A DNA stretch of 64,000 bases from the human T2T-CHM13v2.0 reference genome, Homo sapiens: assembly GCF_009914755.1 (NCBI RefSeq), contig NC_060938.1. The stretch is one strand, 5' to 3'. Below are positions 28,322 through 42,136 of this stretch, piece after piece (position 1 is the stretch's first letter; each line of letters starts with the position of its first letter). Under the pieces are notes generated by a model. The model ran no database searches. It saw only the letters and a list, made by a program, of their open reading frames with translations, and was not told where the DNA came from. The position numbers were made by a program, and so were the translations under genes.

Positions 28322-31300
28322 ATTTTTTTTTTTAATTTTCCTTTAAGTTCCAGCATACATGGGCAGAACGTGCAGGTATTTTACATAGGTATATGTGCAC
28401 CATGGTGGTTTGCTGCACCTATTGAATTGTCCTCTAAGCTCCCTCCCCTCACTCCCCCACACCCTCTAACAGGCCCTGGTGTGTGCTGTTCCCCTCCCTG
28501 TGTCAATGTGTTCTCATTGTTCAATTTCCACTTAGGTGAGAACATATGGTGTTTGGTTTCCTGTTCTAGTTTTAGTTTGCTAATGATGTTGGCTTCCAGC
28601 TTCATCCATGTCTCTGCAAAGGACATGATCCCATTACTTTTTATGGCTGCATAGATTCCATGGTGTATATATACCACATTTTCTTTATCCAATCTATCAT
28701 TTATGAGCATTTGGGTTGGTTACATGACTTGGCTGTTGTAAATAGTGCTGCATAAATATACACGTGCATGTGTCTTTATAGTAGAATAATTTATATTCCT
28801 TTGGGTATTGTATTAGTCCATTTTTAAGCTGCTGATAAAAACATACCAGAGATTCGGCAATTTACAAAAGAAAGACTTTAATGGACTTGTAGTTTCATGT
28901 GGCTGTGGAGGCCTCACAATCATGGCAGAAGGTGAAAGGCATGTGTCACATGGCAGTAGACAAGAGAAGAGAGCTTGTGCAGGAAAACTTCGCTTTTGAA
29001 AATGATCAGCTGTCATGACACTTATTCACTACCACAAGAACAACAGAAGAAAGACCTGCCCCCATGATTCAATTACCTCCTACTGAGTCCCTCCCACAAC
29101 ACATGGAAATTCAAGATGAGATTTGGGTGGGGAGAGAGCCAGACCATATCATTCCACCCCTGGTCTCTCCCAAATCTCATGCCCTCACATTTCAAAACCA
29201 ATCATGCCACCCCAACAGTCCCCCAAAGTCTTAACTCATTTCATCACTAACTCAAAAGTCCACAATTCAAAGTCTCATCCAAGACAGGGCAAGTCTATTT
29301 TGCCTATGAGCACGTAAAATCAAAAGCAAGTTAGTTACTTCCTAGATTCAATGGTGGTATAGGCATTGGGTAAATATAGCCATTTCAAATGTGAGAAATT
29401 GGCCAAAACAAAGGGATTACAGGCCCCGAGCAAGTCTGAAATCCAGCAGGGCAGGCAAATCTTAAAGAACAAATGATTTCCTTTTATTGCATGTCTCACA
29501 TTTGGGTCATGCTGATGCAAGTGGTGGGTTCCCATTGTCTTGGGCAGCTCCACCTCTGTGACTTTGAAGGATATAGCCCCTCCTGGCTGATTTCACAAGC
29601 CGGCATGGAGTGTCTGTGGCTTTTCCAGGTGCACGGTGCAAGCTGTTGGTGGATCTGCCGTATTCTGGGAGCTGGAAAATGGTGGCCCTCTTCTCACAGC
29701 TCCACTAGTCAGTGTCCCAGTAGGGACTCTGCATGGGGGCTTCAACCCCACATTTCCCTTTAACACTCCCTAACAAAGGTTCTTCATGAGGGCCTCACCC
29801 CTGCAGCCAATTTCTGCCTGGGCATCCAGCCATTACCATACATCATCTGAAAATCTAGGCAGAGGTTCCCAAATCTCAATTTTGGACTTCTGTGCACTCT
29901 CAGGTTCAACACCACATGGAAGCTGCCAAGGCTTGGGGCTTGCATCCTGTGAAGCCATGGCCCAAGCTCTACATTGGCCCCTTTCAGCCATGGCTGGAGT
30001 GGCTGGGATGCAGGGCACCAAGTCCCCAATCTGCACACAGCACAGGGACCCTGGGCCCAGCCAAGGATACTATTTTTTCCTCCAAGGCCTCCAGGTCTGT
30101 AATGGGAGGGGCTGCTGTGAAGATTTTCGACATGCCCTAGAGACATTTTCCCTATCATCTTGGGAAGATTCCGCTCCTCGTTACTTATGCAAATTTCTGC
30201 AGCCAGCTTAAATTTCTCCTTGGAAAATGAGATTTTCTTTTCTATTGTATTGTCAGGCTGCACATTTTCTGAACTTCTATGCTCTATTTCCCTTTTAAAA
30301 CTGAATGCCTTTAACAACACACAAGTCACCTCTTGAGTGCTTTGCTCTTTAGAAATTTCTTCTGCCAGATAGCCTAATAATCTCTCTCAAGTTCAAAGTT
30401 CTACAGATCTCTAGGGCAGTGTCAAAATGCTGCCAGTCTCTTCACTAAAACATAACAAGAGTCACCTTTGCTCTAGTTCCCAACAAGTTCCTCATCTCCA
30501 TCTGTGACATCTCAAACTGGATTTCATTGTCCATATCACTATCAGCATTTTGTTCAAAGCCCTTTAAGGAGTCTCTTGGAAGTTCCAAACTTTCCCACAT
30601 TTTCCTGTCTTCTTCTGAGCCCTTCAAACTGTTCCAATCTCTGCCTGTGACCCAGTTCCAAAGTCGCTTCCACATTTTTGGATATCTTTTCAGCAACACC
30701 CCACTCTTCTGGTACCAATTTACTTTATTAGTCTGTTTCACACTGCTGATAAAGACATGCCTGAGACTGGGCAATTTACAAAAGAAAGAGGTTTAATGGG
30801 CTTACAGTTCCACGTGGCTGTGGAGGCCTCACAATCATGGCAGAAAGTGAAAGGCATGTCTCACATGGCAGCAAACAAGAGAAGAGAGCTTGTGCAGGAA
30901 AACTCCCCTTTTTAAAACAATCAGATGTCATGAGACTTATTCAATATCATGAGAACAGCACAGTAAAGACTTGCCCCCATGATTCAGTTACCTCCTACTG
31001 GTCTCTCCCACATATGCAGGAATTCAAGATGAGTTTTGGGTGGGGACACAGTCAAAGCATATCAGGTATATACACACTAATGAGATTGCTGGGTCAAATG
31101 GTATCAGAAAACTGAAACTGGGCCCCTTTCTTACACCTTATACGAAAATTGATTCAAGATGGATTATAGACTTAAATGTAAAAACCAAAACCATAAAAAC
31201 TGTAGAAGAAAACCTAGGCAATACCATTCAGGACATAGGCATGGGCAAAGACTTCATGATGAAAACGCCAAAAGCAATTGCAACAAAAGCCAAAATTGAC

Positions 31301-31795
31301 AAATGGGATCTAATTAAACTAAAGAGCTTCTGCTCAACAGAAGAAACTAACATCAAAGAAAACAGGCAACCTGCAGAATGGGAGAAAATTTTTGCAATCT
31401 ACCCATCTGACAAAAGTCTAATATCCAGAATTTACAAGGAAGTTAAACAAACTTACAAGAAAAAAACAACCAATCCCATCAAAAAGTGGGCAAAGGATAT
31501 GAGCAGACACTTCTCAAAAGAAAAAATTTAATTAGTCAACAAACATGAAAAAAAGCCAACAAACTTACGAAAAAAAGCTCAGCATCACTGCTCATTAGAG
31601 AAGTGCAAATCAAAACCACAATGAGATACCGTCCACAACAGTCAGAATGGCAACTATTAAAAATTCAAGAAAAAATAGATGCTAGTGAGGGTGTGGAGAA
31701 AGAGGATAGCTTCTTCAATATTGGTTGGAATGTAAATTAGTTTAACCATTGTGGAAGACAGTATGGCGATTCCTCAAAGATCTAGAACCAGAAAT
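28322..31795 (-). mobile_element. L1 (L1PA8/8A-like) with 5' inversion: antisense 28322-28808 and 31065-31104, inverted (sense) 31105-31795; split by THE1B
   Basis: T tail at 28323; strand switch at 31104/31105; TSD taagctag 28314-28321 / 31795-31802. ORF 31040-31531 is L1 ORF2 ([14 protein letters not shown]). Confidence 0.92.
28809..31064 (-). mobile_element. Full-length THE1B MaLR provirus (LTR 28809-29151, internal 29152-30723, LTR 30724-31064)
   Basis: Two ~340-bp direct LTRs (tgtattagtcc...ccatatca), ~1.57-kb internal region, perfect 5-bp TSD GGTAT (28804-28808 / 31065-31069). Broken THE1-int ORF pieces (GSEEDRKMWESLELPRD 30445-30774; LLKAFSFKREIEH 29784-30329). Confidence 0.95.
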
Positions 31796-33064
31796 AAGCT
31801 AGTCTTCAATACAATTTAGAAGATAACTTTTCAAATGTAGAGCTCTCCCAAATATTTGTTCAAATATATTCACTTGACAAGGCTATAAAATTGATTTATA
31901 TTTAAAAAGCAAAACACTTTCCTAATGTAATTGTGATGGCCAAAGTAAATTTTTTTTGTGATTCACTCTATATTTTAAACATAGGCATAGTTATCATTTA
32001 ATGTCATTATGATCAAGGAAGTGACCTTCCTCATAAACAACAGGATCATATCTTTCCAAGCCCTCTAATAACCTTAACGATATTGACTCCCCAGCCTCTC
32101 TTCTGTCTTCTATCTTGCCTTGGAAACTTGATTCTTCTTATTTAAATTTTAAATGCAGGATATCTTTTTTATAATAAAACAAAAATCAAGTATATGCCTT
32201 CAAATGTATTCCCCCTCTTTCTGTTATTCTGGCCATTCTCTTAAGAGCCTAAATGTTCCCCCATATTCTCTGTTTCAATTTTCTCACCTGACACCAACTT
32301 CCCAACTTATCTTGGCTTTGTCTCTGTCACTACAGTAAAAGGGTTCTCATTAGGGTCAGCATACTTCTATTACTTGAAATTTAAAAATGTATTTTGTCTT
32401 ACATAACTTGATTTTATATCCTCATTCTACACACTTTAGTGCCTCTGTATAGAAACATACTCTATCCATAATTACCTGAATTTTCCCTATAACTGTAGCC
32501 ATCCTTTATGCATTTCTTTTAAAGCACACAGCTTTACCTTTAAATCTTGAAGCTTCTAAAGATGTAGGCATAATTCCACTTCTCTGGATATTCATGTTTC
32601 CAACAGAATCGCACCTCTGTCATTGTCATTTGCGACAGCTGCTGATGGTTCCCAATTGGTACCCCAATTACTTAGGGCCTTCTTTTTTTTTTTTTTTTTT
32701 TTTTAAACAGATCTCACCTATTACTTACAAAAATTTGCACTCAATTCTCACATGGTATGCCACCTTAAATATCTCAAAATCATCCAAAGACAGTATGTCC
32801 CAAAATGAAGTTTTTATTTTCTCTGGAAGATTGGGTCTTCTTCCCCATCTTAGCGAATGGGAACATTCATGTGTAGTGCATCAGTAAGAAACCTAACAGT
32901 CATCTTTACACTTCTTCCTCACTGTCTTCCTCCAGAGCTTCCCCAAATTACTGTGAGTCTACTGTGTTTTACCTCGTAAAGTACTCTTGAGTAAATTCCT
33001 AGTTTCTATGTTTACTCCGAAGACACTGACCCAAAATGTTTTGAAAGAGACACCACTGCATGGT

Positions 33065-33225
33065 GCCTAAATTGATCTCAGGCAAGTTATATAACCTCTT
33101 CCTTCAGTTTCCTCAGCTATAAAAATTAAATTAATAATAAGAGTTATTTGAAGATTAAGTATATTCATAATTTGATATGCCTATAAAATGTCAATAAAAG
33201 TTCAATAAACTTAGCATTTACATAA
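33065..33225 (+). mobile_element. MIR fragment
   Basis: ggcaagttatataacctcttccttcagtttcctcagctataaaa core. Confidence 0.6.
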
Positions 33226-33230
33226 TCTCC

Positions 33231-33597
33231 TGATGTAATTTGGCTTTGTGTCCTCATCCATATCTCATCTTTTAGCTCCCATAATTCCCAGAGTTGTGTG
33301 AGGGACCCAGTGGGAGATAACTGACTCCTGGCGGTGGGTCTTCCCTGAACTGTTCTGGAGATAGTGAATAAGTTATCATGACATTTGATGGCTTTAAAAA
33401 GGGGAGTTTGCCTGCACAAGCTCTCTTTTCACCTGCCACCATCCACGTAAAATGTGACTTGTTCCTCCTTGCCTTCTGCCATGATCATGAGGCTTCCCAA
33501 GCCATGTGGATATGTGAGTTCTCCATTATACCTTTTTCCTTTGTAAATTGCCCAGTCTCAGGTGTCTTTATCAGCAACAGGAAAACAGACTAATATA
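33231..33597 (+). mobile_element. Solo MaLR LTR, THE1A-like
   Basis: aaaaaggggagtttgcctgcacaagctctc..gccaccatccacgtaaaatgtgac; TSD-like tctcc/tctct. Confidence 0.88.
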
Positions 33598-34544
33598 TCT
33601 CTCTCCTGGAAATAGCAATTGGTGCTTAATAGCTTTACTTTCATGCTAAATGTTCCAACATTATCAGTTTTCCACATTGGAGAAAGAATGGTTCTTTCAA
33701 AATACAAATTTTGTCATGCCATCTTCAGACTAAAAACTAATTATTTCTCTTCTAGTTTTCTTGGAATGAAAACCAACAACCTCTAAGGCTCTTGGTGATG
33801 TGTTTCCAGGCTTTACCCCAAGCCCTTTTTTAAGATTTTGTTGTTAACTTTTCTTCCTGAATCAGCGTTTTCCCTGGTCTCACAGCAAATGGTGGGTTTC
33901 CTGCCCTATGCTGCCTCTGTTCCATGTAATTTTTCTTCAGAGTATTACCAGGGTTTGAAATAACATGTATATCTTTTAATATTACTTATGCTTATTTGTG
34001 TCACTAGTCTAATAAGATTCACAAGGGAAAAGACTATGCTTTTCTAACACACCATTATACCTCCAAAGTGTAACACAGTGCCTGGTTTATGGAAGAAATT
34101 CAATATTTTAAATTGATTTATGTATTAGTAGATGGATGAATGAACTTTAAATAAAGTGATATGACTTTTCTTTCAGAGGGAGGTTATCATGGGCACAATT
34201 ATACAGAATACCTCTTTATACAAGATGCCATTTTGATATTCTTTTCTTTGCCCTCTAGTTTAGATAATTATCAAAGTAAATAGAACAGAAATATATATTC
34301 AGAGAGAAGATAATGTATTGTTAATGAATGAGGGCCAATGCTAATGTAACAACTGGAGTCAGTATAAAGATTTTGAAAATAAAATTAAAATATCTGAAAA
34401 TACTAGATTCATTTTCCATATAGTTTTGCACTAGCAAACATTAGAACAAGTAATTTTTAGCCATGTCTATTGAGTGCAAGTTATGTGCTAGACACTGGGG
34501 CTATAACTTGGAGCAAAAATAATGACACAAAATATTATAATTGT

Positions 34545-34760
34545 TAAGATCAAAGTCTTTGGTACCAGTTTTCCTGTGTGTGAATTCTGGTTACATTACT
34601 TAATAGCTGCCCTGTGAAAAACTTTCCATTTCTATTTGCCTCCCTCCATCTAATGACGAAAAAAGGATAATATCACCTAACCTCAAAAGTTATTGTAAGG
34701 ATTAAATTAATGTAAAGCATTTAGCACTATAATTTATATAAAGAACTATGCTTCACATAT
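34545..34760 (+). mobile_element. MIR fragment (within L2-like antisense sequence)
   Basis: ggataatatcacctaacctcaaaagttattgtaaggattaaattaatgtaaagcatttagcac. Confidence 0.55.
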
Positions 34761-35344
34761 AAGGAGCTTTACATATTATAAAATATATATTATTGCTAAC
34801 ATTATTTGTAACATTAATACTTAGCTTACCATTGAACCGGAGATAAAAACAAGTAAATAGACACTGACAGCATTTTATAATAAATAATATCACATAGAAG
34901 TACAATGTTTTAGGTAATCATGAAAGTGGGATGCTTTATCTGAATCTGAGAGTTCAGAGAAAGTTTGTTTTATAGTGTGGCATCTAACAGAATTTGAAGG
35001 ATGTGCCCAAGTTACCCTTTGATGAATATGAACAGTCCCCCAAAAGGTGGCATATACAGAATTAGCATATGCAGTAGTTGACTTGTTTGTGTGGTGAGAG
35101 CCTAGAGTCTATGTTGTCAAACCTGTGGAGATAAAATTTACACATAAAGATATCTCACAGTCGGCTGAAACCCTTGACTTACAACTAAAGCATCAATTCT
35201 TCACCTTTCCTTTATCCATTCACTTACTTACAAATATATTGTTTCTCAGGAGAATGTCTCTAGATTTGGAGACCCTGTCTAGATTAGACAATGACTTAAT
35301 TCAAAGTATTTAAATTACGAATGCAAATCTCTTTTGATAGGGAT

Positions 35345-35712
35345 TGTCTTAGTCAGCTTGAATGGCTACAACAGAATGCAATAGATGTTATGGCTTAAAT
35401 TACAGACATTTATTTCTCACAGTTCTAGAGGATGGGAAGTCCAAGATAAAGTGTTGGCCAATTTCTTGAGATTCCTCTTCTGGCTTGCAGACAGGCACCT
35501 TCTCACTGAGTCCTCACGTGGCAGGGAGAGAGAAAGCTCTTCTCTCTCTCTCTTTCTGATAAATATAGCAATCCCATCTTGAGCCTTCATGATCTTATCT
35601 ACATTTAGTTACCTACTAAATATCTCACCTCCAAATATCATCACACTGGGGATTAGGATTCAACACAAGAATTTTAGAATTTTCAAGTGACACAAATTTT
35701 GAATCCATAACA
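35345..35712 (-). mobile_element. Solo MaLR LTR, MLT1A0-like
   Basis: tgtcttagtcagc..acatttatttctcacagttctagagg..cctccaaatatcatcacactgggg..ccataaca. Confidence 0.85.
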
Positions 35713-35769
35713 GAAATCATGGCCTCCTTTACTTGTTGTACATTTCTCCCTCTCACTTATTTCCTTGTC

Positions 35770-35860
35770 CCAATCCCCTATTGCTTGCTTCCTTTCTTTC
35801 CTTCTTTCTTTCTGTTTCTGTTTTTTTTCTTTCTTTCTTTTTTATTTTCTTCTTTTTTAT
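35770..35860. repeat. CT-rich / (TTTC)n low-complexity tract
   Basis: Seen directly. Confidence 0.7.
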
Positions 35861-38824
35861 AATGCCCATGCTCCCTTACATCTTTTTTATTTCTAGTCCT
35901 GTACAAATTATGGAAATATGTTAAACATATGTAGGTGTTCTGGTTGAGATACATGTTTATTCCTCACTAAAACAAATAGGCAAAAATATAATGTTATCTA
36001 AGAAAACAAATGATTCAGTATGTAAAAATTATTTTAAGTATTGATAAAGGAGATAAAGGAATAGAAATCAAACTAGCTTTGCTTTAGTATCAGTTCTTCA
36101 GAGTTCTACAACATGCATCCCATAAGATAAGAAAATCCACTCAGGAATAATAGTGTAGTTTTACTCATTAGAAGTTATGACATTAATATATTAAACATGA
36201 GCATATATGTGTAGATTATTTTGAAAATATAAGTTCTGACTCTCTGAGCATTACATGTGCAGCTTCACCAAGCCAATAAATTTGGGAGAATACTTTGTTG
36301 TAACTTTTTTCCTTTAGTTTGTTGATAGTGGTTTTTTTTTTAATGTTAGTTTTGTTTTCTTTTCCATCCTTGAGTCGTTAAAGAAAAATGTGTCCATAAT
36401 TCAGTCTTATGAAGGTCGTAGCTATTTAAATCAAAATACAACGTGATGTTCAAAGCCACATTCTTATCCACAATTATATATATCACAAACTGCCTACATA
36501 GAAATCAGTAAATTACAGTGAAAAATGTCAATTTGACAGTGTGCCAAAATGGTTAGTCTATTCACCACAAATACATATAAGTTGATTGCTAGTTTGATAT
36601 TGCATGTTTATTATTCTTTTATTAACTGTTCCTATTAGCACTTAAATATTAGTAAATTCCTTGCATAGTGATTTGAAATAGATCACCAAGACTTGTGAAC
36701 TTTTTTCCTTTGTAGTATTGGGTTTGGAGTGAATCTAATAGCCCCTAGTCATGAGTGCTGTTTTAGAGAAACTTTATTTCTAGTGAGTGGAACTATGAGC
36801 TGATACACTTGCCTTTACACTTTGCCAGTATTGAAACTGCTACAAAGGGATTATGAGATTTATCCAGGGCCAGAGTGCTAGTCATTGACTAGTTGGCTGA
36901 AAATTATATTCTAGATGCCTGATTCTTAACCCAATTGGCTGTGTGACATCCCTTGAGAACATTGGTGGTAAAAGATTCAGGCTGTTTCAATTTACTCTTT
37001 TAATTAAAACATAGAACTGGAGAAGAAACAAATGAAAGAGATGAGAACAGGGCTTAAAATATCTGCTAGCTCGCCCTCAGTATTCTTTGTTACAATTCTG
37101 CAGTAAGGCTCCACCAACATATCTCTGAACAACTGCCACTTTTTCTTTTTGATTATGCAACATGCCACATTTATAGGCTCAGAATGGCACTTCACATTCC
37201 ATTTCCTCAACATAGCATCATTAGAAGAAACACATAATTTTAAGCACTGACATCTAGCAAATGCAATGCATTGTGTTACTTCATTATACTCTCTTGTTTG
37301 GAGTTAGAAACTGTAGATTAAAGAATTTGTCAACAACTCTTACTGAGAACACACTGTGTTCAGAGCCTATTAAATATGGGCAGTAACTTAATAGTAAAAT
37401 TATAAAACTTACTTTAAGAAAATGGTGTTGATATACAGGGAAAAGAAACAAAGTTCAGTGTGGTCTAAATGATTAAAACATGTACAAACAGACTTCCTTA
37501 AAATAAGCAAAAAAATCCATATTTAAAGATATTAGAAATAAATTTGAAGTAATTATTTTATTTTCCATCATGCATTCATTTATTGAAGACAAACGGGTCT
37601 ATGCTAATTTTTAAAGATGAATGAGAAGAATATAACTCTTAGCCACAAGTAGCTTACATTCCATAAGGTGAAACAGCTAACATATATGTAGTTATATAAA
37701 AATTAGATACTGATAAGTGGTAAGTGTCAGAAAGGAAAAGTCTAGGATGTTAATATTTGCTATTCAGTAGGCTGAGTATGACTTGTAAAATCTGAATATA
37801 CTGCATTTTCTCAGTTATTTTAACCATAATGAAGATAAACATATATTTACAAGAAAAAAAAATGAAGTAACTAACTCTGGATGCAAATCCAATTGTATTG
37901 AAGAGTAAATGACAGTTTATTGCCCTGGCCAATTTGCTTAATGTGTCTGCTTAAATGTATACCATACATACAGATTTAGATATGTTCTGAACCTATAAAT
38001 AACCCAATGGTAACTAAAAATTTTATGGGGTACTGTGCTAAAGATTTACTGTCCTTCTCAGCTAGTATAGAAATAACCCAAGGCAGATTAATTGTAGAGA
38101 GATGCTTAGGTTACATTTACCTGCATTATTAGCATGAATAATACAGGTATGTTTTTATGTACAGAGATGTAGACATATTTTTAATGCAGTAAAACCTTAG
38201 ATCTGTATCATGTATTGTTAACATGGATTCTGGATCTAGACCCGGTCAGTGTGTGTGAATCTCAGCATGCTACTTAATTCAGCTACATATTCATGGACAA
38301 GATACCTAACCTGTCTTTTTAAACTTTTATTTTAGGTTCAAGGGTACATAGGCAGCTTTGTCATTTAGGTAAACTGCATGTTACAGGGATTGTTGATTAT
38401 TCCATCACCCGGCTAATAAGCATAGTACTTCATAGGTAGTTTGTCAATGCTCACTCTCCTCCCACTCTCTATCTTCAAGTTGGCCCCAGTGTCTATTCAC
38501 TTATTTGGGTCGATTTGTACTCAATGTTTAGCTCCAACTTATAAGTGACAACACAAAGTATTTGGTAGGGAAGGGGTCCAATTTCAGTCTTCTGCATATG
38601 GTTAGCCAGTTATCCCATTACCATTTATTGAAGAGGGAGTCCATTCTCCATTGGTTGTTTTTGTTACCTTTGTTGAAGATCAGATGATTACATGTATGCT
38701 GCTTTATTTCTGGGCTCTCTATTCTGGCTCCATTGGTCTATGTGTCTGCTTTGTATAAGTACCATGCTGTTTTGGTTACTGTAGCCTTGTAGTATAGTTT
38801 GAATTTGGGTGACATGATGCTTAC

Positions 38825-38827
<3 letters not shown>

Positions 38828-38860
<33 letters not shown>
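38828..38860. repeat. T33 mononucleotide run inside L1 ORF2
   Basis: Seen directly. Confidence 0.95.
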
Positions 38861-38861
<1 letters not shown>

Positions 38862-40140
38862 GCTTACACTTGTTTTGGTTATTCGGGCAACTTTTATTTT
38901 TATATGAATTTTAAAATCTAATTAGGTGAAGAATGTCATTGGTATTTTGATAGGAATATCATTGAGTCTGTAAATTACTTTGAGAAGTATGGCCATTTAA
39001 ACAATATTGATTCTTCCTATTTATGAGCATGGAATGTTTTTCCATTTGTTTATGTAATCTCTGATCTTTTTTTTCAGCAGTGTTTTGTAATTCTAGTTAT
39101 AGAGATCTTTCACCTCCCTGGTTAGCTGTATTCCTGGTAATTTATTCTTTTTGTGGCTATTTTGAATGAGATTTCATTCTTGATTTGGCTGTCAGCTTGG
39201 ATATTGTTGGTGTATTTATATACATTATAAAGTATATAATGAAATTGTCTGCTAACAGAGAGAGTTTTGACTTCCTATCTTTATTTTTGGATGCCTTTTC
39301 TTTCTTTCACTTGCTTGAATTGCTGTGGCCTGAACTTTCAGTGCTATGTTGAATTAGAGTGGTAAGAGTGGATATTCTATCATGTTTTGGTTCTCAAGGG
39401 GAGCGCTTCCAGCTTTTGCCTATTCAGTGTCATGTTGGCTGTAGGTTTGTCATGGACTGCTCTTATAATTTTGAGGTATGTTCCTTCAGTGCCTAATTTA
39501 TTGAGGGCTTTTAGCATGAAGAGATGGTGAATTTTATCATAAGACTTATATAATCTATTGAGATAATTATGTGGTTTTTTGTTTTTAGTTCTGTTTATGT
39601 GATAAATCACATTTATTGATATGTATATTTTGAACCTACCTTGCATCCCATGGATAAAACCTACTTTATCATGCTGGATTCACTTTTTGATGTGCTACTG
39701 AATGTGGCCTGCTAATATTTTGCTGAGGATTTTTGCATCTATGTTTATCAAGGATATTAGCTTGAGTTTTTTTGTTGTTTTTGTGTCACTGCTGGTACAA
39801 TTGGTATCAGAATGATGTTGACCTCATAGAATGAGTTAGGGAGGAGTCCATCCTTTTCAATTTTTTGGAATAGTATCTCTAGGAATGATTTCAACTCTTC
39901 TTTATACACATGGTAAAATTCAGCTTTTGAATCCATCTGGTCCTGGTTTTTTTCTGGTTGGTAGGCTTTTTATTACGAATGAAATTTGGAACTCGTTATT
40001 GGTCTGTGCAGGGATTCAATTTCTTCCTGGTTCAATCTTAGGAGGTTTTATGATTCCAGGAATTTATTCATGGAAATGAACAAATGCTTGTTCATTATAG
40101 TCTGTGAGGGCTTTCTATATTTCTGTGGAGTCAGTGGTAA

Positions 40141-40489
<349 letters not shown>

Positions 40490-41775
40490 CACTTTGTCAC
40501 TTCTGATTATGTTTATTTGGATCTTTTTTTACTTTGTCGGGGTAGTGATCTATCAATTATTGTTGATCTTTTGTGCAGTTTTTTGCATTTCAATTTACCT
40601 CACTTCAGTTCTGATTTTGGTTGTTTCCTGTCTTCTGATAGCTTGTGAGTTGATTTGCTCTTATTTCTCCAGTTCCTCAAGATATGTTGTTAGGTTTCAG
40701 TTTGAGATTTTCCCAACATTCTGATGTGGGCGTTTAGCGCTATAAATTTTTCTCTTAACACTGCTTTATTTGTGTCCCACAGTTTCTGGTACATTGTATT
40801 TTTTGACCCATCAGTTTTTAAGAATTTCTTGATTTCTACTTTAGTTTCATTGTTTACACAAAAAATGGAAAGGAAAGGGTTGTTTCACTCAGGAAAGGGT
40901 TGTTTAATTTCCACGTAATTGTAGTTTTGAGTGATTTTCTTAGTATTGATTTCTATATTCTATTACTCTGTGTCTGACAATGTGGTTGGTATGATTTCAG
41001 TTTTTGTGAATTTGCTGAGAGTTGTTTTATGGCTGATTGTGTGGTTGATTTTAGAGTATACGCCATGTGGGAATGAGAATAATGCATATTCTGTTATTTT
41101 TGGGTGGAGAGTTCTGTAGATATCTGCTAGGTTCATTTGGTCAAGTGTCAAGAACAGGTCCTGAATGTCTTTGTTAGTTTTCTACCTCAGTGATTTGTCT
41201 AATAATGTCATTGGGGTTTTGAAGACTCATAATATTTTCTTATGGTTATCTAAGTCTCTTCATGGGTCTCTAAGAACTTATTTTATGAATCTGGGTGCTC
41301 TTGTGTTGGTGCATATACATTTAGGAAAGTTGGGTTTTCTTATTTAATTGAATCTTTTACCATTATGTAATGCCCTTCCTTGTCTTTTTAAATTGTTGTT
41401 GGGTTAAAGTATGTTTTGTATGAAATTAGAAGAGCAACTCCTGCTTTTTTCTGCTTCCTGTTTGCTTGGTAGGTTTTTCTCCATACCTTTATTTGAGCTT
41501 ACAGGTGTCATTGCATGAGATGGGCCTCTTGAAGACGGGATACAGTTGCATCTTGCTTCTTTATTCCACTTGCCACTCTGTACCTTTTAATTGGAGGAAG
41601 TTAGCCTGTTAACATTCAAGGTTAATTTTGATATGTGCAGATTTGTTCCTCCCATTGTGTAGTTAACTGGTTTTTATGCAGACTTGATTGTGTAGTTGCT
41701 TTGTAGTATTAATAGTCTATGTACTTAAGGGTGTTTTTGTGGTGGCCAGTAATGGTTTTTCCTTTCCATATTTAG

Positions 41776-42136
<361 letters not shown>

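Larger units (their letters stand above)
32300..34145 (+). mobile_element. Degraded L2 (interrupted by MIR and THE1A)
   Basis: tatgtcccaaaatgaag..ttccccatcttagcgaatgg..aaacctaacagtcatc; L2-type 3' end cacagtgcctggt..atggatgaatgaa. Confidence 0.55.

Noticed and set aside
29784-30774. 181-aa and 109-aa ORFs as a novel protein
   Set aside because: Frameshifted remnants of the known THE1 internal ORF.
31040-31531. 163-aa ORF as a functional CDS
   Set aside because: L1 ORF2 fragment in the inverted piece, with a chance start in the THE1B LTR.
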